64,000 nucleotides of DNA from Brevibacillus sp. SYSU BS000544. GTDB lineage: Bacteria; Bacillota; Bacilli; Brevibacillales; Brevibacillaceae. Location: the NCBI RefSeq assembly GCF_049846925.1, contig NZ_JBNCMT010000002.1:7885-71884 (forward strand), read 5' to 3'. The notes beneath the pieces were generated by a model. The model did not search any database. It was not told the DNA's origin and saw nothing but the letters and a program-made list of their open reading frames with translations. The translations under genes were made by a program, and so were the position numbers. Below, one piece after another: positions 47,889 through 58,067 of the stretch. The stretch's first letter is position 1. Every line of letters starts with the position of its first letter.

Positions 47889-48413
47889 CTACTGCTTGGC
47901 TTTTACATTGGCATAAAGCTGAAAATATACCTCTCTTTTTTCTTCAAGAGATAACTTGTTTTCCATCAGGGGGAAAAGTGTATGATCTTCCTTTTTAATG
48001 TGCTCTCTGATAAAGGACACAAAGTTTTTCGCCGCTCCATTTACTTGTTCTACATGGTCATTCGTCCAGCTATTTTTTAAAGAAGAAATGGAGTGTTGAA
48101 GCTGCTGAAATAAGCTTCGAAGCTGTTCGTGCTCAGCTATAATATCAGGAATAATCCCGCTTTCAAACCCGATGTGCCTGCCTAAGACTGGAAACAACGC
48201 CTCTTCTTCATTATAAAAATGCGGCTCTAACTCTTTGTTAATTTTCTGTTCCACTTCAAGCAACCCTGTTAGTTTCTGCGATTGTTCTTGTGGAGCAGTA
48301 ATGGAGTCCAGACGAACGAGCAACTGGTTTAATTCTTCTGTATGCTGCATCGCCTTTTCATGCTCTTGTGCAAATGCCATCACTTCTGACGTGAGATAAG
48401 GTGCGTGATACAT
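47889..48413 (-). CDS. Hemerythrin HHE cation-binding domain protein
   Basis: Paired H…E/H…H motifs (AEHEQLR, HIKKEDHTLFP). Start at MYHAPYL with an AGGAGGG ribosome-binding site. Confidence 0.65.
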   Translation of the reverse strand: MYHAPYLTSEVMAFAQEHEKAMQHTEELNQLLVRLDSITAPQEQSQKLTGLLEVEQKINKELEPHFYNEEEALFPVLGRHIGFESGIIPDIIAEHEQLRSLFQQLQHSISSLKNSWTNDHVEQVNGAAKNFVSFIREHIKKEDHTLFPLMENKLSLEEKREVYFQLYANVKAKQ

Positions 48414-48582
48414 CGTAACCCTCCTGTACAGATAATAATATCCATTGTAAACATATCTATTTTTTCTTATCCTCTCTTCTAAAATTCGCATCTTTCTTCT
48501 TCTGTCAAAAAGAAAAATCCCTTCCAACTTTCGTAGAAGGGATCACCGACTTTTCCATTTCAACTAATTCAATCATGCATAC

Positions 48583-49383
48583 CTAAACCCCAAAAAACTC
48601 CTTCGCTGTTTTCGTAGTAGCATTAGCAACTTCCTCAGGAGTCATTCCCAAACAATGAGCGACTGCATGCGAGATATGTCTCAGATACATCGGTTCATTT
48701 CGTCCATCCACAGGTTTTTCTTTTAAGTCACGAGGCGTTAGAAACGGAGCGTCCGTCTCGATCATCAAACGATTCAAAGGAATCTTTTTCACAAGCTCCC
48801 GCAGATGCTTCCCCCGCCGTTCATCACAAACCCACCCGGTAATCCCGATATGGAAATCCATGTCCAGATAGGTTTCCAATTCTTTGGCACTTCCCGTAAA
48901 GCAGTGTACGACCGCTCGATTGATTCGTTGGCGATGTTCTTTCAGAATGGAAAGAAAGTCAAGATGCGCATCTCTCTCATGCAAAAACAACGGCATTTGG
49001 AGATCAGTAGCTAAGTTGATTTGTTCGATAAACCACTTTCTTTGCACATCTCGAGGCGAGAAATCACGGTTATAATCCAGACCGCACTCCCCAATGGCAA
49101 CAACGTGAGGCAGCGATGCGAGTTCTCTCAATTTACTGATGGTAGAATCGCTACAGCTTTTTGCATCATGAGGATGAATACCTGCCGTGGAAAATAACTT
49201 TCCATTGGAGCGACTCGCATATTTTGAGGCATCTATGCTGTTTCTTAGGCTTGTCCCTGTCAAAATAAGCGGATAGATTCCTTGTTCCACCGCTCTTGAG
49301 ACGACTTCCTCGCGATCCTGTTGAAAGGAGCGGTGCATAAGGTTAACTCCAATATCAATAATCTGTGTGTTCAAAAGAATCAA
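48583..49383 (-). CDS. TatD-family metal-dependent hydrolase (DNase)
   Basis: IDIGVNLMH start and the HPHD, GECGLDY and ETDAPFL motifs of TatD/YjjV. Confidence 0.85.
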   Translation of the reverse strand: MILLNTQIIDIGVNLMHRSFQQDREEVVSRAVEQGIYPLILTGTSLRNSIDASKYASRSNGKLFSTAGIHPHDAKSCSDSTISKLRELASLPHVVAIGECGLDYNRDFSPRDVQRKWFIEQINLATDLQMPLFLHERDAHLDFLSILKEHRQRINRAVVHCFTGSAKELETYLDMDFHIGITGWVCDERRGKHLRELVKKIPLNRLMIETDAPFLTPRDLKEKPVDGRNEPMYLRHISHAVAHCLGMTPEEVANATTKTAKEFFGV

Positions 49384-49617
49384 TCCCTTCTATATACAGC
49401 AATCGTATGCATGTCAATTTTTGGTTGGTACCCATTATAACGAATTGAGTGGACAAGTTCTAGTTAAATTACCAATCTATACCGCATACATTTTCGTGAG
49501 CTTTGATCAACCGAGCAAATGCCTCCCGATCCCCTGCCTGTGCCCACTCCTTGGTTATCTGCTAAAAATCCCATATCATCTTCACGTTTACCATCGTGGA
49601 GATACATGGGATTTTTT

Positions 49618-49640
49618 GTTAGTGATTAATCAATCACTAT
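49618..49640. promoter_or_regulatory. Palindromic TetR-type operator-like site (copy a) TTAGTGATTAATCAATCACTAT
   Basis: Near-perfect inverted repeat TAGTGATT/AATCACTA, matching four other copies around the tetR-SDR pair. Confidence 0.4.
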
Positions 49641-50605
49641 ATAAGATGCCCATTATTGTTTTGAAGCATGCGAACCGTATCGGCAATTCCCTCTTCAAAG
49701 GATGTCATACGAACTGGACCGATCAACCGCTCGTATTTGTCTCTACTCAAGATAAGGGGCTCTTCTGTTAAGTAGAGCATTTCCACTACTTCCTTCATCA
49801 CCGGCACAACTAGGCCAATCAATGATAGACTTATTTTTCCTAGAGGAAAGACGGGCTTGGAAATTCCGCTTGCCTTGCTGGCGATTTGCACGATCTCTTT
49901 ACCCGAAATCAGACCAGCACCTGGAATATTCCAGTTTTCCCCCCAAGTATCTTCCTTGGCGGCCAGTTCCGCAATCATAAACGCCGCATCCGGCAAGTAA
50001 ATAAATTCCCGAGGGACACGCATGTTTCCGATGAATAATGCCATCTTGCCAGCAGCAATTGCTTCGAGCGTCGAGCCCAGATAAGAAGCCTCATTGGCTG
50101 TGGGACCATAGTAATCTGGCAACCGGACAATCATTACCTTGGCCTTGCTCCAACGGCTGTCGAACAGCATCTTCTCATAGGCAAGACGTGTCTTCCCTTT
50201 TCTAGTATGCGGCTGTTTCGGATGTTCCTCCGTCACCCGGTCCATCTGTCTTCTTCCATAAGGATAAATGCCGTCAATCGCAACGACCTTCAAGCCTAAC
50301 TGATCAGCAGCCTCCATCACTGATTCGCCAAGAGGAATCAGCTTGGTTTCCATCTCGTGATACGGCACGTTCGCACAATGGAATAGGACATCCGCATCTT
50401 CTGCAGCCTTAACTATGTCATGTGGACGGAAAGCGTCACCTGTTGCAATCAGTAGATTCTCTGGATTTCCGAGTTTAGCCCTAAGTCTCTCGAGCTTTTG
50501 CAAAGATCTGCCAAAAGCCACCGTGTGTATCCCTCGCTTGACCAATTCCTCCGTAATCGCAGCACCCGTACCACCAGTTGCTCCTACGACAATCGCATTT
50601 TTCAC
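49637..50605 (-). CDS. NAD-dependent epimerase/dehydratase (atypical SDR) family protein
   Basis: Rossmann motif VVGATGGTGAAI. Start placed at GTG 50605 with a GAGGTGA ribosome-binding site. Confidence 0.75.
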   Translation of the reverse strand: MKNAIVVGATGGTGAAITEELVKRGIHTVAFGRSLQKLERLRAKLGNPENLLIATGDAFRPHDIVKAAEDADVLFHCANVPYHEMETKLIPLGESVMEAADQLGLKVVAIDGIYPYGRRQMDRVTEEHPKQPHTRKGKTRLAYEKMLFDSRWSKAKVMIVRLPDYYGPTANEASYLGSTLEAIAAGKMALFIGNMRVPREFIYLPDAAFMIAELAAKEDTWGENWNIPGAGLISGKEIVQIASKASGISKPVFPLGKISLSLIGLVVPVMKEVVEMLYLTEEPLILSRDKYERLIGPVRMTSFEEGIADTVRMLQNNNGHLI

Positions 50606-50629
50606 AAGGATCACCTCATTCAATTTTTG

Positions 50630-50728
50630 TAATTGATCAATCACTAACAAAACTTGGTGTTTACTTAGTTATTGATCAATTACTAACTTGATGACAATGT
50701 ATCATGTAGTTAGTGATCAGTCAATAAC
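50630..50728. promoter_or_regulatory. Three copies of the GTTAGTGAT-TGATCAAT-CACTAAC palindromic operator between tetR and the SDR gene
   Basis: taattgatcaatcactaac (50630-48), ttagttattgatcaattactaac (50665-87), gttagtgatcagtcaataac (50709-28). Confidence 0.6.
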
Positions 50729-50752
50729 AACTTTTCAAAAATTATTCCTACT

Positions 50753-51274
50753 TCAAAATTCCTTTAATTCGGGCATGTTCAGTGCTGTCGAAATGTTGCA
50801 CAACATTCCTCTAGCCAAAAACAGCATCGTCCGTTCCTCGGGATTCGCAATACCGGCTGCACGAAAAGCGTCCAGTACCATACGGCGCACTTCCCTGAAT
50901 CCATTGCGCATCGCTTCCTGTATCAATTCTTCCTGGATCGTTTGAGCTTGCATTTGCAGCAGAATTTCATTCCGGTAGGAGTTCAGAATTTCATCATAAG
51001 CCATGATTAAATCAGTTTCCAACTGTTCCGGTGATGCTAATTCCACGACTTTACGGAAAGAATCGATCACTCGTGTCCATGATACCTCCAGCGCTGCGAG
51101 CAATAAGGCTTCTTTTGTTGAGAAAAAACGAAAGATATATGGCTGCGATATTTGGATCCGTTGTGCCACTTGTGCAGTCGTTGCCCGATAGTACCCAATC
51201 TCTGCGAACACCTCAATTGCTGCAGAGATTATCTCGGTTTTGCGATTAACTGATGTCGTCTCGGATTTCGCCAT
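50753..51274 (-). CDS. TetR/AcrR-family transcriptional regulator
   Basis: Helix-turn-helix RATTAQVAQRIQISQPYIFRFFSTKEAL. Start at MAKSETT. Confidence 0.8.
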   Translation of the reverse strand: MAKSETTSVNRKTEIISAAIEVFAEIGYYRATTAQVAQRIQISQPYIFRFFSTKEALLLAALEVSWTRVIDSFRKVVELASPEQLETDLIMAYDEILNSYRNEILLQMQAQTIQEELIQEAMRNGFREVRRMVLDAFRAAGIANPEERTMLFLARGMLCNISTALNMPELKEF

Positions 51275-51296
51275 TGGATTACCGCCTTTATTACAG

Positions 51297-51317
51297 GTTA
51301 GTGATTCATCAATCAGT
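51297..51317. promoter_or_regulatory. Fifth operator copy (GGTTAGTGATTCATCAATCAG) upstream of tetR, suggesting autoregulation
   Basis: Same half-site arms as the other copies. Confidence 0.5.
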
Positions 51318-51422
51318 TCTCTATTATATACCAAGATTAGCCTCGATACAATTCGGACGAAAAACCCCCCTCCACAAACCTTGAAAATGAGAGAACCTGA
51401 CAGGTTTATGAAGGGGGATCGA

Positions 51423-52922
51423 TTATTTTGGTTGGGCATCAATACTCAGTGGAACGTTTTTTCCTTTAGGGACAAACACCAGTTGCACGTCATCTTTTTC
51501 CTCGGAATACAGGTAACACAATTCCCACTCAAGTTCTGCCAGCAGCATTTCTTTTGCCGTATCGGCTGAAATCGTCACCTTGCCTTCTTGAAACTTCTTG
51601 TCTAGACGAATCGGTTCCACTGTCAGTCCCACGATTTTTCCCGTAGTAGGTTCCGTTTCAATCAGCCAGGACTCTCCGTTCACAGGAATCCCATTTACCA
51701 ATCGGTGCACAAGGTAGTTGTTCTCAAGTTGCTTGATCTGTACACCTTCTACTTTCTGGTTCATATTTCTCTCCAAAAAGGTTGTAATAATCTGTTTTTT
51801 CGCCTGTTCCGTCAGTCCGGTGTAGGGCTTTTTCAGATACTGCTTCTCCACCTTGGCACTCAGAAGTTGCCCCGTTTCCGCTTCCAACTCGATTTTGATT
51901 GCCTTTAACTCCCCGTATTGCTTGGATGTCCAGGTGTACAAAATTGCTGAAGCAGTGTCAGAATCTGTTTCCCTTACTTCACTAGCGGAAAATGCAAGCT
52001 CATTTGGCTTGATCCCCCACTCTTCTGCAACAAAGCGGTTCAATTCATCAATGGAACGAAATGCCAAGTTGCTTCCCTTCCCTTGCAAGGGTTGCCTTTG
52101 CAGTTTCCAGTCAATCGGTTCTACAGGTGTACCGTTTACCGCATTGAGTGGCCCAAAATAGTTGGGCACGAATTGCAATTTTGCTTCACGATCGCCTTGC
52201 TCTGCAGTATATTGTAGTTTCATATTGAGCAGCTTGGCATACGATTGCTTGATTGTTTCTGGTGTTTTCCAATTGGGAGGAAGCTCCACATTGGATTCAT
52301 CCCACTTGTTGTCAAAATTGGTTTTTAAGCCAAGAATGCTTCCATCACCATCCACCCTGATTTCAATCCACTTTTTCTTCACGGGTAGTTGATTGAGGCT
52401 CGGATAAAGCACAACCGTTTTGACCCCCGCTTTTTCATTGGCAATTGTCTCGTCTGCGACATGGAAATTCTCCATTAAAACAATATCAGCGAATCCAGAC
52501 GCCCGCTCTTTTGCCAATTCATCACTTGGGGGCTCTGCGGAAGCTGCCTTTGGCAAGACCATGCTATAGTGGCTAAGCTGTCCTTCCGAACCAAAGGTGA
52601 TCCTCACGTTTTTACTGCTTTTCCCATTCTTCTGCGGGCTGCTTAACGACAAAAAGCTGTTCTCCCCATTTTGGCTAAAATAGGCTTGATCCGTATCCAG
52701 TTTTTTCCATTCCGGTAAGTATTCTTTCAAGTCTTCCAGTAGTTCCTGAATATGAGCAGGAATCTCCGTAGTTGAAATCACGTTTGTTGTGCCGGCGTTT
52801 CCTTGTGTAAGTGGTTGTTCGGAAAAAACGGGCTGAACGAATAATAGCGAACTTGCTATTACCATCATTGGGATCGTTCTCATTTTTTTCAAGACTTTCA
52901 CCTTCCTGTTTTTCAAATACAC
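51423..52922 (-). CDS. Secreted hypothetical protein (~490 aa) with an N-terminal signal peptide
   Basis: …MRTIPMMVIASSLLFVQPVFSEQ… signal; no recognisable catalytic motif; start uncertain (52922 or 52883). Confidence 0.5.
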   Translation of the reverse strand: MYLKNRKVKVLKKMRTIPMMVIASSLLFVQPVFSEQPLTQGNAGTTNVISTTEIPAHIQELLEDLKEYLPEWKKLDTDQAYFSQNGENSFLSLSSPQKNGKSSKNVRITFGSEGQLSHYSMVLPKAASAEPPSDELAKERASGFADIVLMENFHVADETIANEKAGVKTVVLYPSLNQLPVKKKWIEIRVDGDGSILGLKTNFDNKWDESNVELPPNWKTPETIKQSYAKLLNMKLQYTAEQGDREAKLQFVPNYFGPLNAVNGTPVEPIDWKLQRQPLQGKGSNLAFRSIDELNRFVAEEWGIKPNELAFSASEVRETDSDTASAILYTWTSKQYGELKAIKIELEAETGQLLSAKVEKQYLKKPYTGLTEQAKKQIITTFLERNMNQKVEGVQIKQLENNYLVHRLVNGIPVNGESWLIETEPTTGKIVGLTVEPIRLDKKFQEGKVTISADTAKEMLLAELEWELCYLYSEEKDDVQLVFVPKGKNVPLSIDAQPK

Positions 52923-53142
52923 AGATTTACGCTAATTTTTGCATCATAAATAGTACGAATCAGAACTTGAAAAGGTTTCCAATTTATTTGATTTTTTACA
53001 GATTTTTTAATAGTTATAGTGCAAATAGACCCTTGAAGAATCGAGGCAAAATCACAACATACAAAAAAGCTGCCCCATTGTCATTTTTCATGACCTTTGG
53101 GACAGCCCCAGACCCAGACGCTGTAGGAGATTCTTCTCCAGC

Positions 53143-54108
53143 TTATTTCACTCGCTGATAATACCCGGAAGCAAAATGCAGGAACAGATGCAAGGCAACA
53201 CGAGATGTCATATCACGCACATCCTTGGTTGGATCCACGCAAACCATATCCATCCCGATCACTTTATTGCATTGTCCTACGGCAAATGCCGCAGCAAACA
53301 AATCTGTCGCCGAAAGACCCGCAGGACCAATGGCCGGAACTCCTGGCACTACCGATTGATCCATTGCATCCACATCGAAGGTGATATAGATGGCATCGCA
53401 TTTTTCCTCGAGATAGCGGATACTGTCTGCCACTACCTGCTCCATGCCACGTTCTCTGACCTGATTAGCAGTGATCAACGTCATGCCTTTCGCTTCTGCA
53501 TACCGGCGATATTCACGCGAGTTGGCAAAGCTGCGCAAGCCAATTGTCACCATATCCTCGCCACGAACTGTCTCTGATTCAATTAGACTTCGCATCGGTG
53601 TTCCGTTGGAAGGACCGCCGTAAGAGGTATCCCGAACATCCAGATGCGCATCGAACTGGATCAACCCGATCCGCTGCGGCTTTGCCCGCTTGATGCCTGT
53701 AATCGCCGGATAGGTAATCGAGTGGTCGCCACCAATTACTACAGGTAGAGCAGTTAGCTGCTGTGTCACTTCATGCAATGCTTCTTCAATATTCTTGTGG
53801 CAGCGCAAGATGTCGGTCACATGCATCGAAACATCACCCAGATCAACCGCTGCGAGCTCGGACAGCTCAATATCCTTGTCAAAGTTGTAGGTGGTAAAAG
53901 CGCTAAGCAATTGCCGGAACTGTAATGGATGGGCATGTGCCCCTGAAAAGCTGATCGAACTTTTGGACAACGGTACGCCGAGAATAGCAAAATCGTAGTC
54001 TACAGTTGCATTATATGTCTGTTCAATCCATTCCGACAGACGGGTTACGAACGGATCACCTTTTCCCTGCGTATAGCGAAAGGGTGGGGCTGCAATATAG
54101 TTGAACAT
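53143..54108 (-). CDS. Arginase/agmatinase/formimidoylglutamase-family ureohydrolase
   Basis: Binuclear-Mn motifs GGDHSITYP, DAHLD, and DVDAMDQSVVPG (DxDxxDP-type). Confidence 0.8.
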   Translation of the reverse strand: MFNYIAAPPFRYTQGKGDPFVTRLSEWIEQTYNATVDYDFAILGVPLSKSSISFSGAHAHPLQFRQLLSAFTTYNFDKDIELSELAAVDLGDVSMHVTDILRCHKNIEEALHEVTQQLTALPVVIGGDHSITYPAITGIKRAKPQRIGLIQFDAHLDVRDTSYGGPSNGTPMRSLIESETVRGEDMVTIGLRSFANSREYRRYAEAKGMTLITANQVRERGMEQVVADSIRYLEEKCDAIYITFDVDAMDQSVVPGVPAIGPAGLSATDLFAAAFAVGQCNKVIGMDMVCVDPTKDVRDMTSRVALHLFLHFASGYYQRVK

Positions 54109-54130
54109 GTTCCTATCCCCTTTGTACGTC

Positions 54131-54889
54131 TTAATGTGATAGTACTTTGCTAAGAAACGCCTGCGTACGTGCCTGTTCTGGGGCCGAGAAGATTTTTGCT
54201 GGTGCTCCCTCTTCGATCAGCACACCACCGTCCATCACTACCACTCGATCCGCCACTTCCTTGGCGAAGCCCATTTCATGAGTTACAACGACCATCGTCA
54301 TGCCTTCCGTGGCAAGCTGCTTCATAACTGCAAGCACCTCACCTACCAGCTCTGGATCAAGAGCAGAGGTAGGTTCATCGAACAGCATCACCTTGGGCTT
54401 CATGGCCAGCGCACGGGCAATGGCAACACGTTGCTTTTGTCCACCTGAAAGCTGATCCGGGTAATTGGTTGCCTTTTCAGCGAGGCCCACCTTGCGGAGC
54501 AACTCCCGAGCAAGCGGCTCCGCTTCCTCTCGCTTCATCTGCTTCACAGTCATCGGAGCCATCATCACGTTTTCCAATACACTCACATGTGGGAACAAGT
54601 TAAAGCCCTGGAATACCATCCCCACCTCAGCACGCACCTTGTCGAGCTCTTTCTGCGGCATTTCAACCAGCTTGTCGTTTTTCGAAATCAGCCCAATCGG
54701 CTTACTCTCGATTTCAATCGTGCCTGACTGAATCTGCTCCAGATAGTTCATGCAGCGAAGAAGCGTGCTCTTACCCGAGCCACTTGGACCAATGATGACC
54801 ACCACTTCCCCCTGCTCTACGTTCAGGCTGACGTTTTTCAACACATGATGACTGCCGTACGATTTATTAATTTGCTTGATTGCAATCAT
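54131..54889 (-). CDS. Polar amino-acid ABC transporter ATP-binding protein
   Basis: Walker [10 protein letters not shown], signature [15 protein letters not shown], Walker [13 protein letters not shown]. Confidence 0.9.
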   Translation of the reverse strand: MIAIKQINKSYGSHHVLKNVSLNVEQGEVVVIIGPSGSGKSTLLRCMNYLEQIQSGTIEIESKPIGLISKNDKLVEMPQKELDKVRAEVGMVFQGFNLFPHVSVLENVMMAPMTVKQMKREEAEPLARELLRKVGLAEKATNYPDQLSGGQKQRVAIARALAMKPKVMLFDEPTSALDPELVGEVLAVMKQLATEGMTMVVVTHEMGFAKEVADRVVVMDGGVLIEEGAPAKIFSAPEQARTQAFLSKVLSH

Positions 54890-55560
54890 GAGCGCGCCCC
54901 CTCTACCGACATTTTCCGTTCCAGGCGACCGATGCCCACCGAGATCGAGTAGTTCACAATAAAGTATAGGATCGCAATGCCGATATAGATTTCAAAGTAA
55001 CGGAAGTTATTGGAAACGATCAGGTTGCCTGCCCGCATCAATTCAGACACGGTGATAACGGACAACAGCGACGAGTTCTTGGTCAATGCAATGAACTCAT
55101 TACAGAGCGGTGGCAGCATCCGGCGAACGGCCTGTGGTAAAATTACCTTCCGCATCGTTTGCCAGTGGCTCATGCCAAGCGAACGTCCAGCTTCCATCTG
55201 CCCTTTGTCGATTGACTGAATCGCCCCGCGCACAATTTCCGAAACATAGGCAGCACTATACATGCCAAGACCCAACACCCCAGCCATCGAGGCGCTCAAA
55301 TCCACTTGCAAGCCAATCGCCAATCCATAATAGAGAATCATGAGCTGCACCAACAATGGCGTCCCTCGAAACCATGCCAGATACCACGAGCAGATAAGCG
55401 AAATCCATTTTTGCGACGACATCCGACCAAGACCAATTGCCAAGCCTAGCACGGAGCTTAATACAAGCGCCATGAAGGTCATCGACACCGTAACCCATAG
55501 TCCCTGCAGCAGTGCCATAAAGTTGTTATCTTCAAAGATCACCATGAAATCAAGTGACAT
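54886..55560 (-). CDS. Polar amino-acid ABC transporter permease (His/Glu/Gln/Arg/opine family)
   Basis: Five TM helices and the EAA-like loop …[17 protein letters not shown]…. Confidence 0.85.
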   Translation of the reverse strand: MSLDFMVIFEDNNFMALLQGLWVTVSMTFMALVLSSVLGLAIGLGRMSSQKWISLICSWYLAWFRGTPLLVQLMILYYGLAIGLQVDLSASMAGVLGLGMYSAAYVSEIVRGAIQSIDKGQMEAGRSLGMSHWQTMRKVILPQAVRRMLPPLCNEFIALTKNSSLLSVITVSELMRAGNLIVSNNFRYFEIYIGIAILYFIVNYSISVGIGRLERKMSVEGARS

Positions 55561-55580
55561 TGGTGCAGCACCTCCTGTTT

Positions 55581-56411
55581 TTATTCACCAAACCATTTCG
55601 TTACGATTTCTTTGTGCTTGCCGCTATCTTTCACCTTTTTCAGAGCATCATTTACTGCTTTCGTAAACTCAGGGTTATCCTTGCGAATGCCGTAGCCGTA
55701 CTCTTCTTGAGTCAACTCCTGATCAAGCACCTTTACCTTGCCGCTCTGCTTTGCATATACCTTGGCAGCAGGGCCACCCGTTACTACCGCTTCAACACGT
55801 CCACTCTCCAGCTCCAGGAACATTTCTACGTTTTTCTCTACTTCTACCAGCTGCACATCTGGGTATTTTTCTTTCAGAAACTTGGCAGACTTGGTACCAA
55901 TCTGTACAGATACCTTTTTGCCCTTCAGATCGTCCACGCTGTTAATCGTGGTGTTATCCTTTCCTACCATGATGCGAAGACCGCCCGGATAGTAAGGTTC
56001 TGAGAATTCTATCGTTTTCTTCCGCTCATCTGTGATGTACATGGCAGAAACGATCATGTCGAACTTCTTGCCCTGCAACCCTGGAATCAGACCTTTGAAA
56101 TCGGTGTCAACAAACTCTACCTTTTCCGCCCCAAGCTCTTTGGCAACGGCTTGTACCAGTTCAATGTCGAAACCTTCGTATTCATTTTGAGCGTTCTTGT
56201 ATTCAAACGGCTGGAATGTCGCATCAGTACCGACCAATAGGGTTTTGCTTTCCTTGATCTTTTGCAGCACTTCGTCAGCAGGTGCCGCCTGTTCGGTACT
56301 TCCTCCGGCAGCTGGCTGCTGTGATGCTGGTTGGGAACCACAGCCTACAACCAATGCGCTAGTCAACAAAACGGTCAACATTGAGAACAAACCTTTTCGA
56401 AACGCTTTCAT
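55581..56411 (-). CDS. ABC transporter substrate-binding lipoprotein, family 3 (polar amino acids/guanidino compounds)
   Basis: Lipoprotein signal …LTSALVVGCGS; SBP_bac_3 fold (…LLVGTDATFQPFEY…); ribosome-binding site GGGGGT. Confidence 0.85.
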   Translation of the reverse strand: MKAFRKGLFSMLTVLLTSALVVGCGSQPASQQPAAGGSTEQAAPADEVLQKIKESKTLLVGTDATFQPFEYKNAQNEYEGFDIELVQAVAKELGAEKVEFVDTDFKGLIPGLQGKKFDMIVSAMYITDERKKTIEFSEPYYPGGLRIMVGKDNTTINSVDDLKGKKVSVQIGTKSAKFLKEKYPDVQLVEVEKNVEMFLELESGRVEAVVTGGPAAKVYAKQSGKVKVLDQELTQEEYGYGIRKDNPEFTKAVNDALKKVKDSGKHKEIVTKWFGE

Positions 56412-56457
56412 ATTTTTACCCCCAATTTTATTGTTTTCTTATTTCGAAAATTTATAA

Positions 56458-56475
56458 TTACAAGAATCGTGCCAA
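56458..56475 (-). promoter_or_regulatory. Candidate sigma54 (-24/-12) promoter TTGGCACgattcTTGTAA upstream of the substrate-binding-protein gene
   Basis: TGGCAC-N5-TTGT on the minus strand, ~45 nt upstream of the ATG, directly downstream of a sigma54-activator gene. The -12 element is GT instead of GC. Confidence 0.45.
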
Positions 56476-56515
56476 CTAATAAAACGTCACAAAATAGCCA
56501 TTTTTATAAAAAGGA

Positions 56516-56544
56516 AACAAAAAAAGGCGGCAAAATCCGCCGCC
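56516..56544 (-). terminator. Rho-independent terminator after the sigma54-activator gene
   Basis: ggcggc-aaaatcc-gccgcc followed by T7 on the minus strand. Confidence 0.65.
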
Positions 56545-56583
56545 CTGCGAAAATTGCCGCCTGCCATTTTTGCCGCTTCACTA

Positions 56584-58047
56584 CTATTCCCCTGCCTCAA
56601 CATTGTACTTCTTCAACTTATCCCGCAGCGTCCGTTCACCCATCTCCAGCATCTGTGCCGTTTTTCGCCGGTTGCCATCCAGATAGTCCAGCGTGTGCAG
56701 GATGACCCGCTTCTCGATCTCATCCAGCGTCTCACCAACATATACCGGGATTAGCTTCGTTCGATCATCATCCGCACCAAGGCGTCCCTTTCCCGTGTCT
56801 GAAGCAGCTATTACGCTTACAGAAGCACCAGCTCCAGCCCCCAAATCAATACCTGCCTCTGGATCTCTTTGCTCCTGGCGTTCATTTAGTAGCTCCGGTG
56901 GCAAATCGTTTGTTTCAATCATCGGTGAACTGGTCAAGGCAATGGAGCGCTCCAGAATGTTTTGCAGCTCCCGAATGTTGCCAGGAAACGAGTATTTCTC
57001 GAGTACCTGCAGTGCTTGATGAGAGATCCCCTCGATAGACTTGCCCATCCGTTCGCTAATCTTCTTGATAAAATGTTGGACCAAAAGTGGAATGTCACCG
57101 TTTCTCTCCCGCAACGGGGCCAATTGAATGGGAATCACGTTTAGCCGATAGTACAAATCCTCACGAAAGCGGTTTTCCTTTACTTCCTTCCATAAATCAC
57201 GATTGGTGGCAGCAATGATCCGCACATCTACCGACTTTTCCTCGACGCCGCCAAGCGGGGTTAACTTCCGCTCCTGTATTACCCGCAGCAACTTGCTTTG
57301 CAGGGTTAAATCCATCTCGCCAATTTCATCGAGAAAAATGGTTCCTCCGTCAGCGAGCATGAATTGTCCAGGTTTGCTGTTCACCGCTCCAGTAAAGGCA
57401 CCTTTTTCATAACCGAACAACTCTGATTCTAGCAGACTAGCTGGAATGGCAGCACAGTTGAGCGCCTGGAAGCGTTTTTTTTGCCGTTTGCCCTGGGTGT
57501 GGATCGCCCGTGCCACGACCTCCTTGCCTGTCCCGCTCTCGCCATGGATCAATACGCTCGAATCAATATCCTTCACCTTGTTGATCAGTTCATACAACTG
57601 CTGCATCACCTTGCTGTTGCCGATCAGGCCGCTGTTGTCAGAGCGCTTGTCCAGCTCCTCACTTAGCCACTTCACCCGGGATTGTAAATAGTACAGCTCC
57701 TCAGCCTTTTGCAGTTGCACCTCCAACTCATCCATCAAGAGAGGCTTGGTCATATAAGTAAACGCCCCATGACGCATTGCTTCAACCGAGGAGGAAATGC
57801 TTCCGTAGGCTGTCATCATGATAACGACCGTACCAGGGGAGAGCCGCTTGATTTCCTGCAGCACAACCGTTCCATCGTGAGCACCAATTTTTAAATCGAG
57901 CAGTACAAGTGCCACCTCTATCTTTTGCAGAAGCATCAGTGCTGCAGAAGGTTCTCTAAAGGTGTGGACGTGATATTTCTCCTCCAGTGCAAACTCCAGC
58001 GACTGACAAATCGCCGGCTCATCGTCAATGACCAACAGATGTTGCAT
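56584..58047 (-). CDS. Sigma54-dependent response regulator (NtrC family: REC plus AAA+ plus Fis-type HTH)
   Basis: Receiver with LVLLDLKI; GESGTGKE Walker A; GAFTGA sigma54-contact motif (EKGAFTGAV); ESELFGY; C-terminal helix-turn-helix. Confidence 0.85.
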   Translation of the reverse strand: MQHLLVIDDEPAICQSLEFALEEKYHVHTFREPSAALMLLQKIEVALVLLDLKIGAHDGTVVLQEIKRLSPGTVVIMMTAYGSISSSVEAMRHGAFTYMTKPLLMDELEVQLQKAEELYYLQSRVKWLSEELDKRSDNSGLIGNSKVMQQLYELINKVKDIDSSVLIHGESGTGKEVVARAIHTQGKRQKKRFQALNCAAIPASLLESELFGYEKGAFTGAVNSKPGQFMLADGGTIFLDEIGEMDLTLQSKLLRVIQERKLTPLGGVEEKSVDVRIIAATNRDLWKEVKENRFREDLYYRLNVIPIQLAPLRERNGDIPLLVQHFIKKISERMGKSIEGISHQALQVLEKYSFPGNIRELQNILERSIALTSSPMIETNDLPPELLNERQEQRDPEAGIDLGAGAGASVSVIAASDTGKGRLGADDDRTKLIPVYVGETLDEIEKRVILHTLDYLDGNRRKTAQMLEMGERTLRDKLKKYNVEAGE

Positions 58048-58067
58048 ACGTCTCTTCCCCTTCTTTC

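Noticed and set aside
51423-51442. Apparent overlap of the tetR ORF (track start 51442) with the secreted protein gene end
   Set aside because: The tetR track ORF starts at an upstream in-frame codon. The real start is MAKSETT at 51274, so there is no overlap.
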